Shown here piece after piece: positions 20,401 to 29,900 of a stretch of 64,000 nt of DNA. The stretch is from a virus. Position numbers and translations under genes: made by a program. The notes below the pieces were generated by a model. It searched no databases and was not told where the DNA came from. It saw nothing but the letters and a program-made list of their open reading frames with translations. The stretch spans positions 25,264 to 89,263 of the IMG/VR virus record IMGVR_UViG_3300006754_000009. One strand, 5' to 3'. Position 1 is the first letter of the stretch. Every line of letters begins with the position of its first letter.

Positions 20401-22399
20401 GTGTAGTTGTGTGTTTAACAATACGCTAACAACATATTTAGGACCACCATTCAATTACTTAACTCAAACTGCATGTGAAAGTGACCTTACCACGTGTTGT
20501 TCAGGTACTACATCCATGAACTATCTGTGTAGAGATTTCGATTGTCAATGTGTACAGGACCCTCTTGGGACTTTCCCAAGTTTAATAGATTGTTTAAATG
20601 ACCAATCAGAATGTTGTTGGACAGGTACTACTACCACTTACGATTGTATACAAGGTAATAATCAACAGTGTCACTGTGTTACAGTAACATCACCTGCGGT
20701 AGGTCAATACCCGACAATAGGTGACTGTTTAAGTGACCAAACAGAATGTTGTTACACAGGAATGTCAGGGACTGTTATGTATGACTGTGACCAAACATTA
20801 GGAGCATGTAACTGTGTAGCCGTCATGCCTCCAGGAACATGGGGACCTTTCCCGACCATGCATGACTGTCAAACGAGTCATACATGTTGTTATACCGGAA
20901 ATACTGGTACTACTGGATTTCTGTGTAGACAGAGTATAGTAACTCATGGTGGACCTGGCGGTGTAATAACCCACTCTCTTCAATGCATATGTGAACCAAC
21001 TAATACCAGTCCTGTTTACGCAACTCTGGGAGATTGTCTGAATGACCCCACGGATTGTTGTTGGACAGGTACTACCGCAGGACTGTGCATAGATTGTCAG
21101 GATACCTATATGCTTGAATTCCAACCCTTGGATGGTACATATTCTCCATATGGTCAATATATGTCATCAGCAATTGGTACTTTTGATAATACAGCTACAG
21201 GACAAGGAAATGCTTCACCAGAAGTGTGGGGTTTAAATCTATTATGGGGTAGTAATCAAATTGTCTTAAGTCCAATTGACCAATGTTGTTATATCTTTGT
21301 AGGTGATTCGGACCCTACTCACGCTTATTACGCTTTTGACCCAGCAGTCTGTTATCAGAATTGGTTACTTGGATTAGCGTGTGATGGAAGTAGTTCAGCA
21401 AACCCTACACAAGTTTGGACTCACCAACAACCATCACAGATTTGGGTACCATGTGACCCTCACTGTTCAGCCCACAACATGCCAACCTACGACTGTAACC
21501 AATTTTTCCAGTGTGTATCCCCAATAGGTGGTGGTGGTTTTTATACCGGACCTACAGCATATAATGATTGTTTATTGGGTTGTAACCCACCAGGATGTGA
21601 TGATTGTAGTTCAGTATTAAATAGTTTTATGGTCCCAGGAGCACCAGTTTCATTTTTAGGTACGTGGCAACCAACTGTTGTATATACTGATAATGAATGT
21701 GTGGTAGACCCAGACGATTTATGTTGTTATTGTTGTGTAGTAATAGACGACAGCATATGGAGTCCTGGAGACGCACTGAGTTGTAAAGATTTCCACCAAC
21801 CATCAGCGTATATAAATGTTGCCATGGCTGGGGGTGGTGGATGGATGAGCTGTGGATACACCCAAATTGGTGACCCGTGTTATGGTACAGGGGATTGTGA
21901 TGGGTGTTATACTACTTTAGCAAGTGCATTAGGCACAACACCTATAACCTTTACTCCGTGGCCTGGTAATAGTGGTAGTTTTAATTATTTGTTTGGTGGT
22001 TGTGTTACAGACCCAGTTGATGGTTGTTGTTATTGTTGTGTTGATGACAACGCGATAGCACCACCACCGGCAAACGCAAGAATGGCAACGCCAATGTCAT
22101 CTTCCTTCCCTTGTGCCATTATAAATGGTACTTTCACACCTGGATTTAATGGACATTGGGAGTCCTGTTTAGTAGACCAAAGTGGTAATATGTGTACCCC
22201 AGCAATTGTTTATGGTTGTACGGATTGTGGTACTATATGGGAAAACGACCCCATACTGAATCCTGGTGGTCTTATGTGTTGGGAAATTACACAGGGTAGT
22301 GTACTCAACCCTTTGAATTTTCCTAACCCAACCGTGATTGCTGGAGCAACTAACTTCTATGTTGGTGCAAATGCTGATAATGGTGGTTGTACTTATTAA
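14489..22399 (+). CDS. giant Cys/Pro-rich virion/adhesin-like protein (PKD domain, CBM5/12-like modules, Cys-rich repeats, terminal GCTD repeat)
   Basis: 2636 aa. YTIDWGDG (PKD); WSPYTDYMVGDIV, YSVGDFV and WNMGTNYSIGDVV (chitin-binding CBM5/12-like); many CC/CxC repeats. Confidence 0.75.
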   Translation: MERLNFRVKRTNPDMYSSLPCSGGTNYWPINYSIDCSGMSMYNATASQLMNALNGDITTFPEDLRQCSLTNPCVILWDLNYSVSTGHCTNIGNYAYKAFYGFNVHDSAPTQVVTGETYDYVITLFESLYVDFSKPINTTSDYTLSYIIGPCHCDPGLEENLNNLTLLLSQDFNDIGHYSIWDGNIFQKETFSNFVFTASTFVVVPGDTIQIWNTTDFSYYKEVQELPYTIDWGDGNSTTLNFSVGGAITAENTYPPGPPMEYRITITQDSPWGPTSVSQVITAPNYSYPQLVATNQIPANSALTINPSGVTVGTGYTSGPSGVFGQSNYIPWDTGTHIDEYSGMTQFPNCFEVTGVTTSMLGIFQTYTTLNSPNLPPGYVIGTIVPIGGDIINPITNNIETGMYGQINWADPIYTGYTISSANNATPIHFYDFPNGITLYVAESCGLDALAFGAYDCFKCTVEDCEYCETKDEYIDRITGIWTPITFNTQRGVWSPYTDYMVGDIVFDTTYNTCCCFMAVADIFQTGLTQSLWSGTPPSETLQGVWYQNSLPIAHIWEACSPECVNCPPGTTLPCDDTTFPHVNSPVAPSPNVGKAGLFQNGYSYSVGDFVFGQEGNCYQALSATSGNYPPTAFTSTTYWEYVGCSTWICPQDLNNIPVLSCELVPGTGITTSTNVIQGHQYYGGCLDDFDDGECYADRWLCPGQYGCTGCTQIDSTHSLYTSYDPMNPLAGPVFANSIDCEGWCNPPAYSCTTQQSANPNACCTLFSCAEDDANMTPGVYTSLVTTVVALVPPVLPNGLNMNEWLAINESFYFTGPPTNFNLPNVCNSGTNGVTPTSYAWSTSACCNYEGFDYECCTGCVPVTFGGAYNDLAACQTDPNNNGGATQPCGWTCETINQPCIPCYDCFCGYAGYGFTQAGYSACTADCQVIESAWICDCTNSMTPCTYVTPAPGPVDNVVIFSGNVAGSILCNQLCPCDAGWDCFIDVTTGQPTYCQDGVSGYYMAQNDLGFSNPNPNFTGYSDFTACCEATDCCFADCDITAAPGTEPGNQVAFPGGNWPCYYIPQFQPPQPGLNCDPTGPPNWGLPYCNMLECTSALALNPLPPPAPAYICDVPTVDDCYCACDDYMTNIGQGGTVLTSQGQYVIMGNYTLHDIVYHWDADSPLCCYVCMCPSLMGSADCITTFDCSCFIPDDGPSTGGVPNCWEPCGATPGTAPTGCDPCGIVQSNTWECTTSGCSMSSCIHNPGLTQESQNCYTGNTCEGHCRASCYCENATTDTTNCVVLQDWMNNTNTGIFFGGYPTWPPVPPGATHPVYPMASLDNCLAMLSVMDCCPGGSADTWYCDWTSNCETVAGNAGLGCVIIPAGTPGYPGPFTSLDDCEDWCTWECGCPPNGLGTCVFNALSTAAVTAGSAYDCWLMNGGDCDCCAPPDEWWCDTYGAANGDYTTAVPASACRPGSYYGGASVLHQQGAIGQLAGGPSDPANTYFDAQVTNNFTGIGFPDQLSCEQQCRFCCDCPSPPGTAHCNDVDWGIATCTCTQIPSELTPFFCEQQTTLTPLGFPCVPSATTEWWCIDIVGCQPYLSSSPPSSFISGPHIDLITCQSVCSWACGDCINDCFCTFQASQYCVPNYTTEALCQTAVASVIVYAGANSCCECYECFSTGSISYTYFDDTLNSWQIGSVTVSPFTGPAPMWNMGTNYSIGDVVMFIYDGTPCCYVAVDDDPSNFWTIDPYTYYTYYQNDLNTTNPVWPGPAGPGTNANNSGTLVWITCNPNCVTVPSITYDCIPGVTTPSPGDCSNMTLIPGGLIGAFSAIFWLCDPVNGVPPATPFSDYYYENLSWTGLGSPCLDSNGHALAYPITMTFPVCINDSVFEAAYMPMVSHSKQEWVDHLVNAGLAANVGMDWWALRALLTAVCGQSNMIVSSDHCECPTTSCTCVPVTGPGGQYPDSPSCNQALLSDPCCGYWECIPGAMCSCVFNNTLTTYLGPPFNYLTQTACESDLTTCCSGTTSMNYLCRDFDCQCVQDPLGTFPSLIDCLNDQSECCWTGTTTTYDCIQGNNQQCHCVTVTSPAVGQYPTIGDCLSDQTECCYTGMSGTVMYDCDQTLGACNCVAVMPPGTWGPFPTMHDCQTSHTCCYTGNTGTTGFLCRQSIVTHGGPGGVITHSLQCICEPTNTSPVYATLGDCLNDPTDCCWTGTTAGLCIDCQDTYMLEFQPLDGTYSPYGQYMSSAIGTFDNTATGQGNASPEVWGLNLLWGSNQIVLSPIDQCCYIFVGDSDPTHAYYAFDPAVCYQNWLLGLACDGSSSANPTQVWTHQQPSQIWVPCDPHCSAHNMPTYDCNQFFQCVSPIGGGGFYTGPTAYNDCLLGCNPPGCDDCSSVLNSFMVPGAPVSFLGTWQPTVVYTDNECVVDPDDLCCYCCVVIDDSIWSPGDALSCKDFHQPSAYINVAMAGGGGWMSCGYTQIGDPCYGTGDCDGCYTTLASALGTTPITFTPWPGNSGSFNYLFGGCVTDPVDGCCYCCVDDNAIAPPPANARMATPMSSSFPCAIINGTFTPGFNGHWESCLVDQSGNMCTPAIVYGCTDCGTIWENDPILNPGGLMCWEITQGSVLNPLNFPNPTVIAGATNFYVGANADNGGCTY
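20285..21080 (+). repeat. six tandem ~40-55-aa Cys repeats (most with 6 Cys) inside the 2636-aa protein
   Basis: Consensus [YWF]-x-C-x(n)-C-x-C-V-x(n)-G-x-[YF]-P-T-x-x-D-C-x(5-6)-CC-[WY]-TGTT. An exact 20-nt direct repeat, tgttgttggacaggtactac, sits at 20612-20631 and 21056-21075. Confidence 0.85.
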
Positions 22400-22450
22400 T
22401 GCTACACTATGAGTAATAACAATTTAAATAAATATAAATTAGTAGTTAGA

Positions 22451-22457
22451 TATTTAT
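22451..22457 (+). promoter_or_regulatory. TATTTAT putative late promoter
   Basis: 19 nt before ATG 22470, in an intergenic gap. Confidence 0.6.
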
Positions 22458-22469
22458 AATAAAATAAAG

Positions 22470-22691
22470 ATGAGTTTAGGTATAGTAAAATATAGTGGGT
22501 GTATCCCACCTCTAACAAAAGAAGAGGTATTAATGAATGTATGTGAAAGACCAGAAACTAGGTCAAATATATTTATTGAGAGAGGGAAAATATCAGTTTT
22601 TGAAAGACCCCAAAGACTAGATTTAACACCCAATATGGGAGAATTAGTTACACATGGTTATGGGTTCTATAAAATAGCAAAAGAATATTAA
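22470..22691 (+). CDS. small structural protein (possibly the detached C-terminal domain of the upstream protein family)
   Basis: 73 aa, LTKEEVLMNV...IFIERGK...GYGFYKI; has its own promoter motif. Confidence 0.7.
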   Translation: MSLGIVKYSGCIPPLTKEEVLMNVCERPETRSNIFIERGKISVFERPQRLDLTPNMGELVTHGYGFYKIAKEY

Positions 22692-22694
22692 TAA

Positions 22695-23612
22695 ATGGCA
22701 TTAGGAGCATACGGAATAAAAAGACCAGCAGATGTACGTCCGGAAGACGCACAAGTTATAGTACATTTTCAACCAGATAGAAGTGCAGCTAGCAATTATG
22801 TTATCACTCAGCTACCATCCAGTCAAGTATTAGCTCCACATGTTCACAATACTAGTACCGGTGGTAACCCTAACGAAGTACTAGGGGGGTTATATGATTT
22901 AAAACTACCTTCAGCTGTATTTAGTCAAAAAGGTATATATACAGTATATATTAGACCAATTGAAATAAGAACTAATATTATAGATTGTGGTATTTTATCA
23001 TCGTTACCTAACGTAAAAGGTTTAGTATTCGATTTAAATTCAGTGCCACTACAATTTAGAGACAGGTTTAGACCTTCTGAATTAGTAGGATATAGAATAG
23101 AATATTTAGAATTAGATGGGTCAAAAAAGAGTAATTTCTTTAGGCTTGTAACATCTAATTTTTATTGTCAACCTGTAGCAGCAAAATTAACCAACCCAAA
23201 TCAAGTATCACCACGATATGTGTATACCAACAATAAAACTAATTTAGTTTTTTGTACACTAACACCAACAAGTGCACCATCAAATAATCCAAACGCTATT
23301 CCATTCATTGGTCAAGCAGGACAACAAGTAATAATAACTAACACCTTCTTTAACCCAATGGTGTTAGATGTCGAGATGGTAGACCACGACTTTGACACGT
23401 TAGCAATTGCATTATACGGTAATCAAGCAAAATCTATAGATACTGGTATATACACCTTATATGATTTAAGTGGGTTAAATAACATATATCAACAATATGA
23501 CTTATATGAAGTAAGAGACGCATTTAATGACCAATTATTTGAGGTTAGACAAAATAGAGGTAACAATATCGATTTTAGTCAATCATTTAATAATATAATA
23601 ACTAACCAATAA
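22695..23612 (+). CDS. conserved hypothetical structural protein
   Basis: 305-aa ORF within the structural operon. Confidence 0.7.
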   Translation: MALGAYGIKRPADVRPEDAQVIVHFQPDRSAASNYVITQLPSSQVLAPHVHNTSTGGNPNEVLGGLYDLKLPSAVFSQKGIYTVYIRPIEIRTNIIDCGILSSLPNVKGLVFDLNSVPLQFRDRFRPSELVGYRIEYLELDGSKKSNFFRLVTSNFYCQPVAAKLTNPNQVSPRYVYTNNKTNLVFCTLTPTSAPSNNPNAIPFIGQAGQQVIITNTFFNPMVLDVEMVDHDFDTLAIALYGNQAKSIDTGIYTLYDLSGLNNIYQQYDLYEVRDAFNDQLFEVRQNRGNNIDFSQSFNNIITNQ

Positions 23613-23616
23613 TACA

Positions 23617-26600
23617 ATGCCTAGTAATAGATTTAGATATCCTCCATCCCCACCCAATGGTTTGGGAACGTTCAGTGATAACTTAGTAGGCAATCAGATT
23701 ACTGATGGGTCATCACAAATGACTTTAGGTAATTTTTCTACCCCACAAAATTATTCTAGACAAAGTAGTAGTGTTTACAATCTAGATAGTTTTTCCGCTC
23801 CTATAACTTTAGAATCTTTAAATATAACGGACCTTGAATTAGCTCAATCATTAAGTAGTAATCAACTACAAGTATATATTAATAATGATACTACTGAGTT
23901 AACTAATTTTGTATTATACGGCTCCTTAAACAAAAGATTAAAAGTAGCTACTCAGAATATAATAAATTTTTTTCCAGGAGCACTTTTTATAGATGGAATA
24001 GACCCAAACTACAACACAGGAAATACTACCGCTTATAATATTGTTTATGATAGTGGTAGAAATCAGACCACTTTTAAGGTTAATGTAAACTATATATCGA
24101 ACCCATTTAGTATAGAGTTTACAACTAATGGTGACATTATAACCACCAATTTAAATAAAGAACAAATAATAAATAATTTAGAGTCATTTGGTTATAGTAG
24201 TGATACTATAGTAAATGTAGCTGATGGTACCGTATCCCAGTTAAGAAATTTTACTAAAGAATATAATAACTATTGTTTAACTTTTAGTGGGAGTATTACT
24301 GACAAAGAATATAAAGTTTTAAAATTTAAACCACAAACTACAACCATTAATTATATAGAATTAACGGTCAAAGGAGCTCCATTCGGAACCGGTAGCACTA
24401 CCACAACACAGTACTACTTAAAACCCAACAAACAGGAATCAGAAAAAGTATTTAAAAAATTTGATAATATAGAATCATTTTTAGTAAATAGAGACTGTAC
24501 TCCTATCTATACAGCACACTTTAAACTAATAAAAGAGACAGACCAAGGAGTAACATATTTTAATAACGAATATATTACATGGATACGTCAAGATGCAGTA
24601 AATATAGATATTACCACTAGTAATTACACTAACTATTTAACTAAATTAGCTTCTATAGGGGACGAACTAGACCAACAAAAAACCAATCTAATTTCTCGAT
24701 TTTTAACAGCTCCAATACTAAAAGAATTCGATACTACGGACCAAAAAGTAGAAAAAACATTACAAATTTACGGAAGAAGCTTTGATGATGTAAAAACATT
24801 TGTAGACGGCATAGCTTATATGACTAACGTTACCTATGACGGTAAAAACAACATACCCAATAAATTAATTAAGAATTTTGCTCAGACATTAGGGTGGACA
24901 ACACCAACAACCTTAGATAACACCACATTTTTGGATAGCGTATTAGGAGTATCCAACCCCACCTACTCAGGAACTAGTGTAGGTAAAACACCAGCAGAGT
25001 TAGATGTAGAATTATATAGAAGAATTTTAATGAATACGGCTTACCTATTTAAATCTAAGGGTACCAGAAAATCTATAGAGTTTTTATTGTCCTTAATAGG
25101 AGCTCCTCCAGCATTAGTAGAATTTAACGAATATATTGTACTAGCTGACTCTAAACTTAGATTACAACAACCCCTACAATATAGATATGGGGGGCCCGAA
25201 GAATGGAGTGCCTCCACAGGTACCACTAATTGGAATAATATTGGAAACCACACAGGTACGGGATGGGTGTCACCAAATTACTATAGACCACCCAATAGAT
25301 TTGAAAATAGATGGTCTCAAATATCCGGAGGGACATACGACACCACCACCATAAAATTTAGTCATATATTATTTAATTTAGGTGTACAACCAGCATTTTA
25401 TTTGTCTACTGGTACTACATCACACCCATTTATTAGGTACACACCCCAAAATACACAAGGAGACTACCCAGTAGATAAAGACGGATACCCAACCAAACCA
25501 AGAGTAACTAATAATTATTTTTTCCAGAGAGGTGCTGGGTGGTTCGAAAGAAATGAAGAACATAAATCTGAACTAATAATAGATGAAAAAACTTCTGTTC
25601 TCTCCGGATGTACCCCCCAGATAAATAATATATTTGGGCCGTTCACATGGGGTGGTTTCTGGACTATGGGACAATACTCTAATGACTTAAAATGTCCTTA
25701 TCTAGATAGATTTAGAAGATTTCCTCATATGCCTTTTGGTTTTGGATTAACCAGAATAATTGATGATAAAAAATCATGGCCTTATTTAGAACCAGGAAGA
25801 CATCTAAGGGATTTTACTTTTAAAAATAGAGACGCGTACTACCATACATATAATGAAAAATTAGTTCTAAACGTAAAAAATATAGAGTTAAATTTAAATA
25901 TAGGACAAGGATTGAGTTATGATATATGGAGACAATCTGCTGAAAGTAATTGTTTCTTTAGTGGAGGTTCATTACCCTCACCTTACCCTAATTCAGGAGG
26001 AACTTGGGACTCCACAAACCCGCAATGGAACGCAAAAATACATGACTTTAAAACCTTCCATAGATATTTCTGGAGAAATTTTATAGATGTAAAAAATAGA
26101 ATGACCATAAGTGACGGAAAAACAGGAGGATACCCAACACTACAACAGATGTATCTAGATTATTTAAGAAATACATGTGGGGATAGTAATAAATACACAT
26201 ATACTAAAATGTTAGACTACGCTCAGTCAATGGGCGATTATTGGGTACGTATAATAGAACAAATGATGCCCGCTACAACTTTATGGACTAGTGGTGTAAA
26301 AATACAAAATTCAGTATTCCATAGAGATAAGTTTGTGTACAGGTGTTATAATATGACAGGAACTACCATAGTTAGTGCATTAACAGGCACATTTACTGTT
26401 AATCCAACAGGATATACTTCATATCCAGCCCCACAATTTCAGATGAGAATGCAAAATGTTTCACCACCGATAACCCCAACTACCGGTACAACATACTATC
26501 ATAATATAATAAACGGGTCCACCCCAACCCCTATTTCTACCTATTCGACATCTTACAATATAGATAACCGAGGAGACAGATTTGGCAGTGAGATAGTAAG

Positions 26601-26904
26601 TGAAGTAACTAATATATTAGCTAATAAATTTCTCACTAATAAACGAGAATATAGAGAGAAGGCAATATTTACAAAACAAGGTAGTGTAAATAATCTTTTA
26701 TGTGTGTACGGATTAAAAGAATTTGGTGATGATGATATAAATTGGATAAAAAATTATGATTTAAATATTGAGGGTGACAACCCAATAACACCTACCGGTG
26801 GAGTTACAACACCAACAGTCCCTAATACACCAACTAGAGGAAGGGGTACATTAGGTGTGAGAGCAAGAACACCGATAACAAGTAGTAGAGGAATGTCGTA
26901 TTAA
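23617..26904 (+). CDS. baseplate wedge protein, T4 gp7 / P2 gpI-like
   Basis: LIKNFAQTLGW and YRRILMNTAYLFKSKGTRKSIEFLL (KGT motif). Confidence 0.7.
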   Translation: MPSNRFRYPPSPPNGLGTFSDNLVGNQITDGSSQMTLGNFSTPQNYSRQSSSVYNLDSFSAPITLESLNITDLELAQSLSSNQLQVYINNDTTELTNFVLYGSLNKRLKVATQNIINFFPGALFIDGIDPNYNTGNTTAYNIVYDSGRNQTTFKVNVNYISNPFSIEFTTNGDIITTNLNKEQIINNLESFGYSSDTIVNVADGTVSQLRNFTKEYNNYCLTFSGSITDKEYKVLKFKPQTTTINYIELTVKGAPFGTGSTTTTQYYLKPNKQESEKVFKKFDNIESFLVNRDCTPIYTAHFKLIKETDQGVTYFNNEYITWIRQDAVNIDITTSNYTNYLTKLASIGDELDQQKTNLISRFLTAPILKEFDTTDQKVEKTLQIYGRSFDDVKTFVDGIAYMTNVTYDGKNNIPNKLIKNFAQTLGWTTPTTLDNTTFLDSVLGVSNPTYSGTSVGKTPAELDVELYRRILMNTAYLFKSKGTRKSIEFLLSLIGAPPALVEFNEYIVLADSKLRLQQPLQYRYGGPEEWSASTGTTNWNNIGNHTGTGWVSPNYYRPPNRFENRWSQISGGTYDTTTIKFSHILFNLGVQPAFYLSTGTTSHPFIRYTPQNTQGDYPVDKDGYPTKPRVTNNYFFQRGAGWFERNEEHKSELIIDEKTSVLSGCTPQINNIFGPFTWGGFWTMGQYSNDLKCPYLDRFRRFPHMPFGFGLTRIIDDKKSWPYLEPGRHLRDFTFKNRDAYYHTYNEKLVLNVKNIELNLNIGQGLSYDIWRQSAESNCFFSGGSLPSPYPNSGGTWDSTNPQWNAKIHDFKTFHRYFWRNFIDVKNRMTISDGKTGGYPTLQQMYLDYLRNTCGDSNKYTYTKMLDYAQSMGDYWVRIIEQMMPATTLWTSGVKIQNSVFHRDKFVYRCYNMTGTTIVSALTGTFTVNPTGYTSYPAPQFQMRMQNVSPPITPTTGTTYYHNIINGSTPTPISTYSTSYNIDNRGDRFGSEIVSEVTNILANKFLTNKREYREKAIFTKQGSVNNLLCVYGLKEFGDDDINWIKNYDLNIEGDNPITPTGGVTTPTVPNTPTRGRGTLGVRARTPITSSRGMSY

Positions 26905-26913
26905 TTAAGTATT

Positions 26914-29900
26914 ATGCCATATAAAATATATAAGAGTAGAATAGATTTAAGAGTTTTATCAGATAAGATAAAATTTGTATTTTATGTTTCAGGTGATGAA
27001 AATATACCACATAAGCGCAACAAGTCTTATAATAAGACTAAAGCATTTACTTTCATTTATGATACAAATAGAGCGGTAGAGGTAGTAACTTATAGTGATA
27101 ATACAGCTGAAAGAGTTTTTCTTAAATTTCCAGCAAGCAATATAGACATAAAAAATAATAGTGATATGGTTAGTTTTACCACAACCAACCTAGTACTAGA
27201 GGTTTTTAGAAATAAACAAGGTGTATTTGGGTTTGAGGAAGTTAAAGGTGGTGGTTGGGGTGCTTTTCTATCCCACCAAAACTATTTCGACGTAAGTACT
27301 GGTTATGGTACTAAAACAGGAAGTGGAGCCCTAAGAAATCTAGGAAGAGGTAACGGGGGCAAATCCCACACAATACAAATGCTAATACCAGGTATCAGAG
27401 TGAATAAAAAAATAATGAATAATATATCTTTTGACTTAGATATTCTTATAGAATCACAAAATCAATATATAAATACATTAGGGTTTAAATTAACAAAAGA
27501 TAATACTATTACTATTGAAAATGGTTTATTGGATATAAAATCTCCTCGACAAGTAATAAACCAAACAAAGGAATTAGAATTAGATACCACCTACCTGTCA
27601 TTATCACCAAAAGACTTAGCGTCAAGAAAAGTTTTACATGATTATAAGAAACAACTTATTAAATATAATGCAGATGTAGAAGGGTTACATTTAATTTCTA
27701 GTAAGGTTTACGCGGTAGAAAATAATATAGTTCCCGATGTTAACTTAGATAATGTAAATTTAACACCTTTGAATACAATACAGATACCCTATAATGTTTC
27801 CAGGGTAGTGTTTGACAATAATATTTCCGCAACTAGAAAATATTTTAAAGAAGGAAAAGAAATATATCAGTTAGATTGGGCACAAGAACTATTTAACAAT
27901 AACTTAGTAACTAAAGCAAATAAATGTTACTCCCTCAAGTTCTCAACGGAAGAACAATTAGTAGCCTTTGCAGAAAAATTAAAAAATCAGCAGATAGGTA
28001 ATATAGAAACCTATCCAGTAGTAAACCCAAATGGAACTGTTACAAATGTTATAAGACCATATAGTGATATATCACAATGGGTAGAAAGAACCGTACTAGA
28101 CCAATTTAATGACATATCTTTTAGTTATAAGAGTAACGGACTTATTAGAAGTATATTAGTTTGTCCTAGAAAAAAGACACTGATTAATGATATAGAAGGT
28201 AAACAAAACAACCTATATACTAGTGGTGGTGAATTTACATATAGAGACGGAAAAAATTATATTGGTTCATATCATATACACCCTGAACATGGAATAATGG
28301 AAGGAGCGTATCATACAGAGGAATCTCACCAGAAGTTAATTAGATTATTTAACTACGCACCAATAAGTGGTGATAGTAAAACCGATTTTTTATTTACTAC
28401 TTATTCTAATACCACTAAAAGTTTATATTCCGGATTTACCACTACAACTACCGACAAATTCAAGAGTAATGACACCTACGATTTATTTCTAACAGGTTCA
28501 ACTTATTCAGGAAGCACCATAATACCCATAACTAATATAGAAACCAACCAAAAGTTACCATTAATAGATGATATAACCAAGGAATACAGACCATATATTT
28601 TTAATAAAGGGTATAGTCAGAACGGTGGAAATATTGTGTTAAATGAATCAAACCCAGATAACTACTTGACATATAGTGTTTCGGGTAACGGTATTTATAG
28701 GTTCACCTATAAAGCATATCTAGACATTAAATATACAGATACTAAATGGTGTAACTATCTTTCCCGTGCTTACCCTTCCTCGACTACAGGAACCTACCCA
28801 AGCACTAATTATGATATAAAAAGACTAATAAATACCTCCATAATTCAAGCGGGGGAAGGTGAGAGTGAGACTGCCATACTGGATACAAACTATAAATTCC
28901 ACCCGGGGTATAAATTTAAGTCCGCGGAGGAAAAAAGAGTAGACAACATACCCGATAATAGTGGGATATTAAATTTTAATTTTACTGTGAGGTTGAATAA
29001 ATTTAATTCAGGAAGTACAGCTTCTACTGTTATTAAAGAATTTAAAGTTTTAAGAAGTAAACTATATGGGACGGCAAACGACTACTTAACGTTACCCGTA
29101 ACTCAATTAGACAAAGCATCTAGTGGGAGTAATGTGTGTGTTTTAAGTGGGGTTTCATCATCGACGATATTCCACAAACAAATCCCCATCACTATAGATA
29201 CTGGGTTTATAAATTTAGTTAGTGGACAATCTCTAACCTTAACTTATGACACTAATTGGAGTGCGGACTCTAAAAGCAATTATTTTAGTGAATCTGGAAC
29301 AACCAATTTAAAAGTTAATTTAGGACACCAATTAGACGTAAGTGGTAACACTAAAAATGCACCATGGTTTAGGGGGGTTAAAGTAGGAAATGAATTCATA
29401 TATAAAAAATTATTTTTTGACGCGACACAGAAATCCAAAGCATTTACAATGGTTTCTTCAGGAGAAGAGAGAAAAGTAAAAACTGATGGTACCCTATACC
29501 TAACCGATAAAGAATGTGGAAACATAACCAGACCAGTAGTAAATAAAGAAACATTTAATAGATTAAGATTTTTAGACACCACCGGACCAAAGGATATGTT
29601 AATATGGGACCAAAGTGTTACCACACCCACTAATAATTGGCAAAAATTAATAGAAAATAATACCATCAAAGATTATATATTACCTAAATGTGAGGATACT
29701 TTCTGCCATCTTAGTGAAATGCATGAAGATGGAGTATTCTGCTTCAACCTACCAACGTATAATGATGAATATGGTGGGAAATGTGATTTTACTTTCCCAC
29801 AAATTAAACAATCCTATGTTATTCAAAACGTGTTTAAAAATATGTTTGGAAACCAGTTAACTCACTATATAGTTGTAACACCAGAATGTAATTTCTATAA

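Noticed and set aside
20285-21080. Repeats as a possible CRISPR array or DGR template/variable pair
   Set aside because: They are in-frame protein repeats with irregular spacing and divergence at all bases, not adenine-specific. No cas or reverse transcriptase gene is in the window.
22397-22470. Stop-codon readthrough or frameshift joining the 2636-aa ORF to the 73-aa ORF
   Set aside because: The gap is 70 nt (out of frame), a second in-frame TAA follows, no slippery site is evident, and the downstream ORF has its own TATTTAT box.
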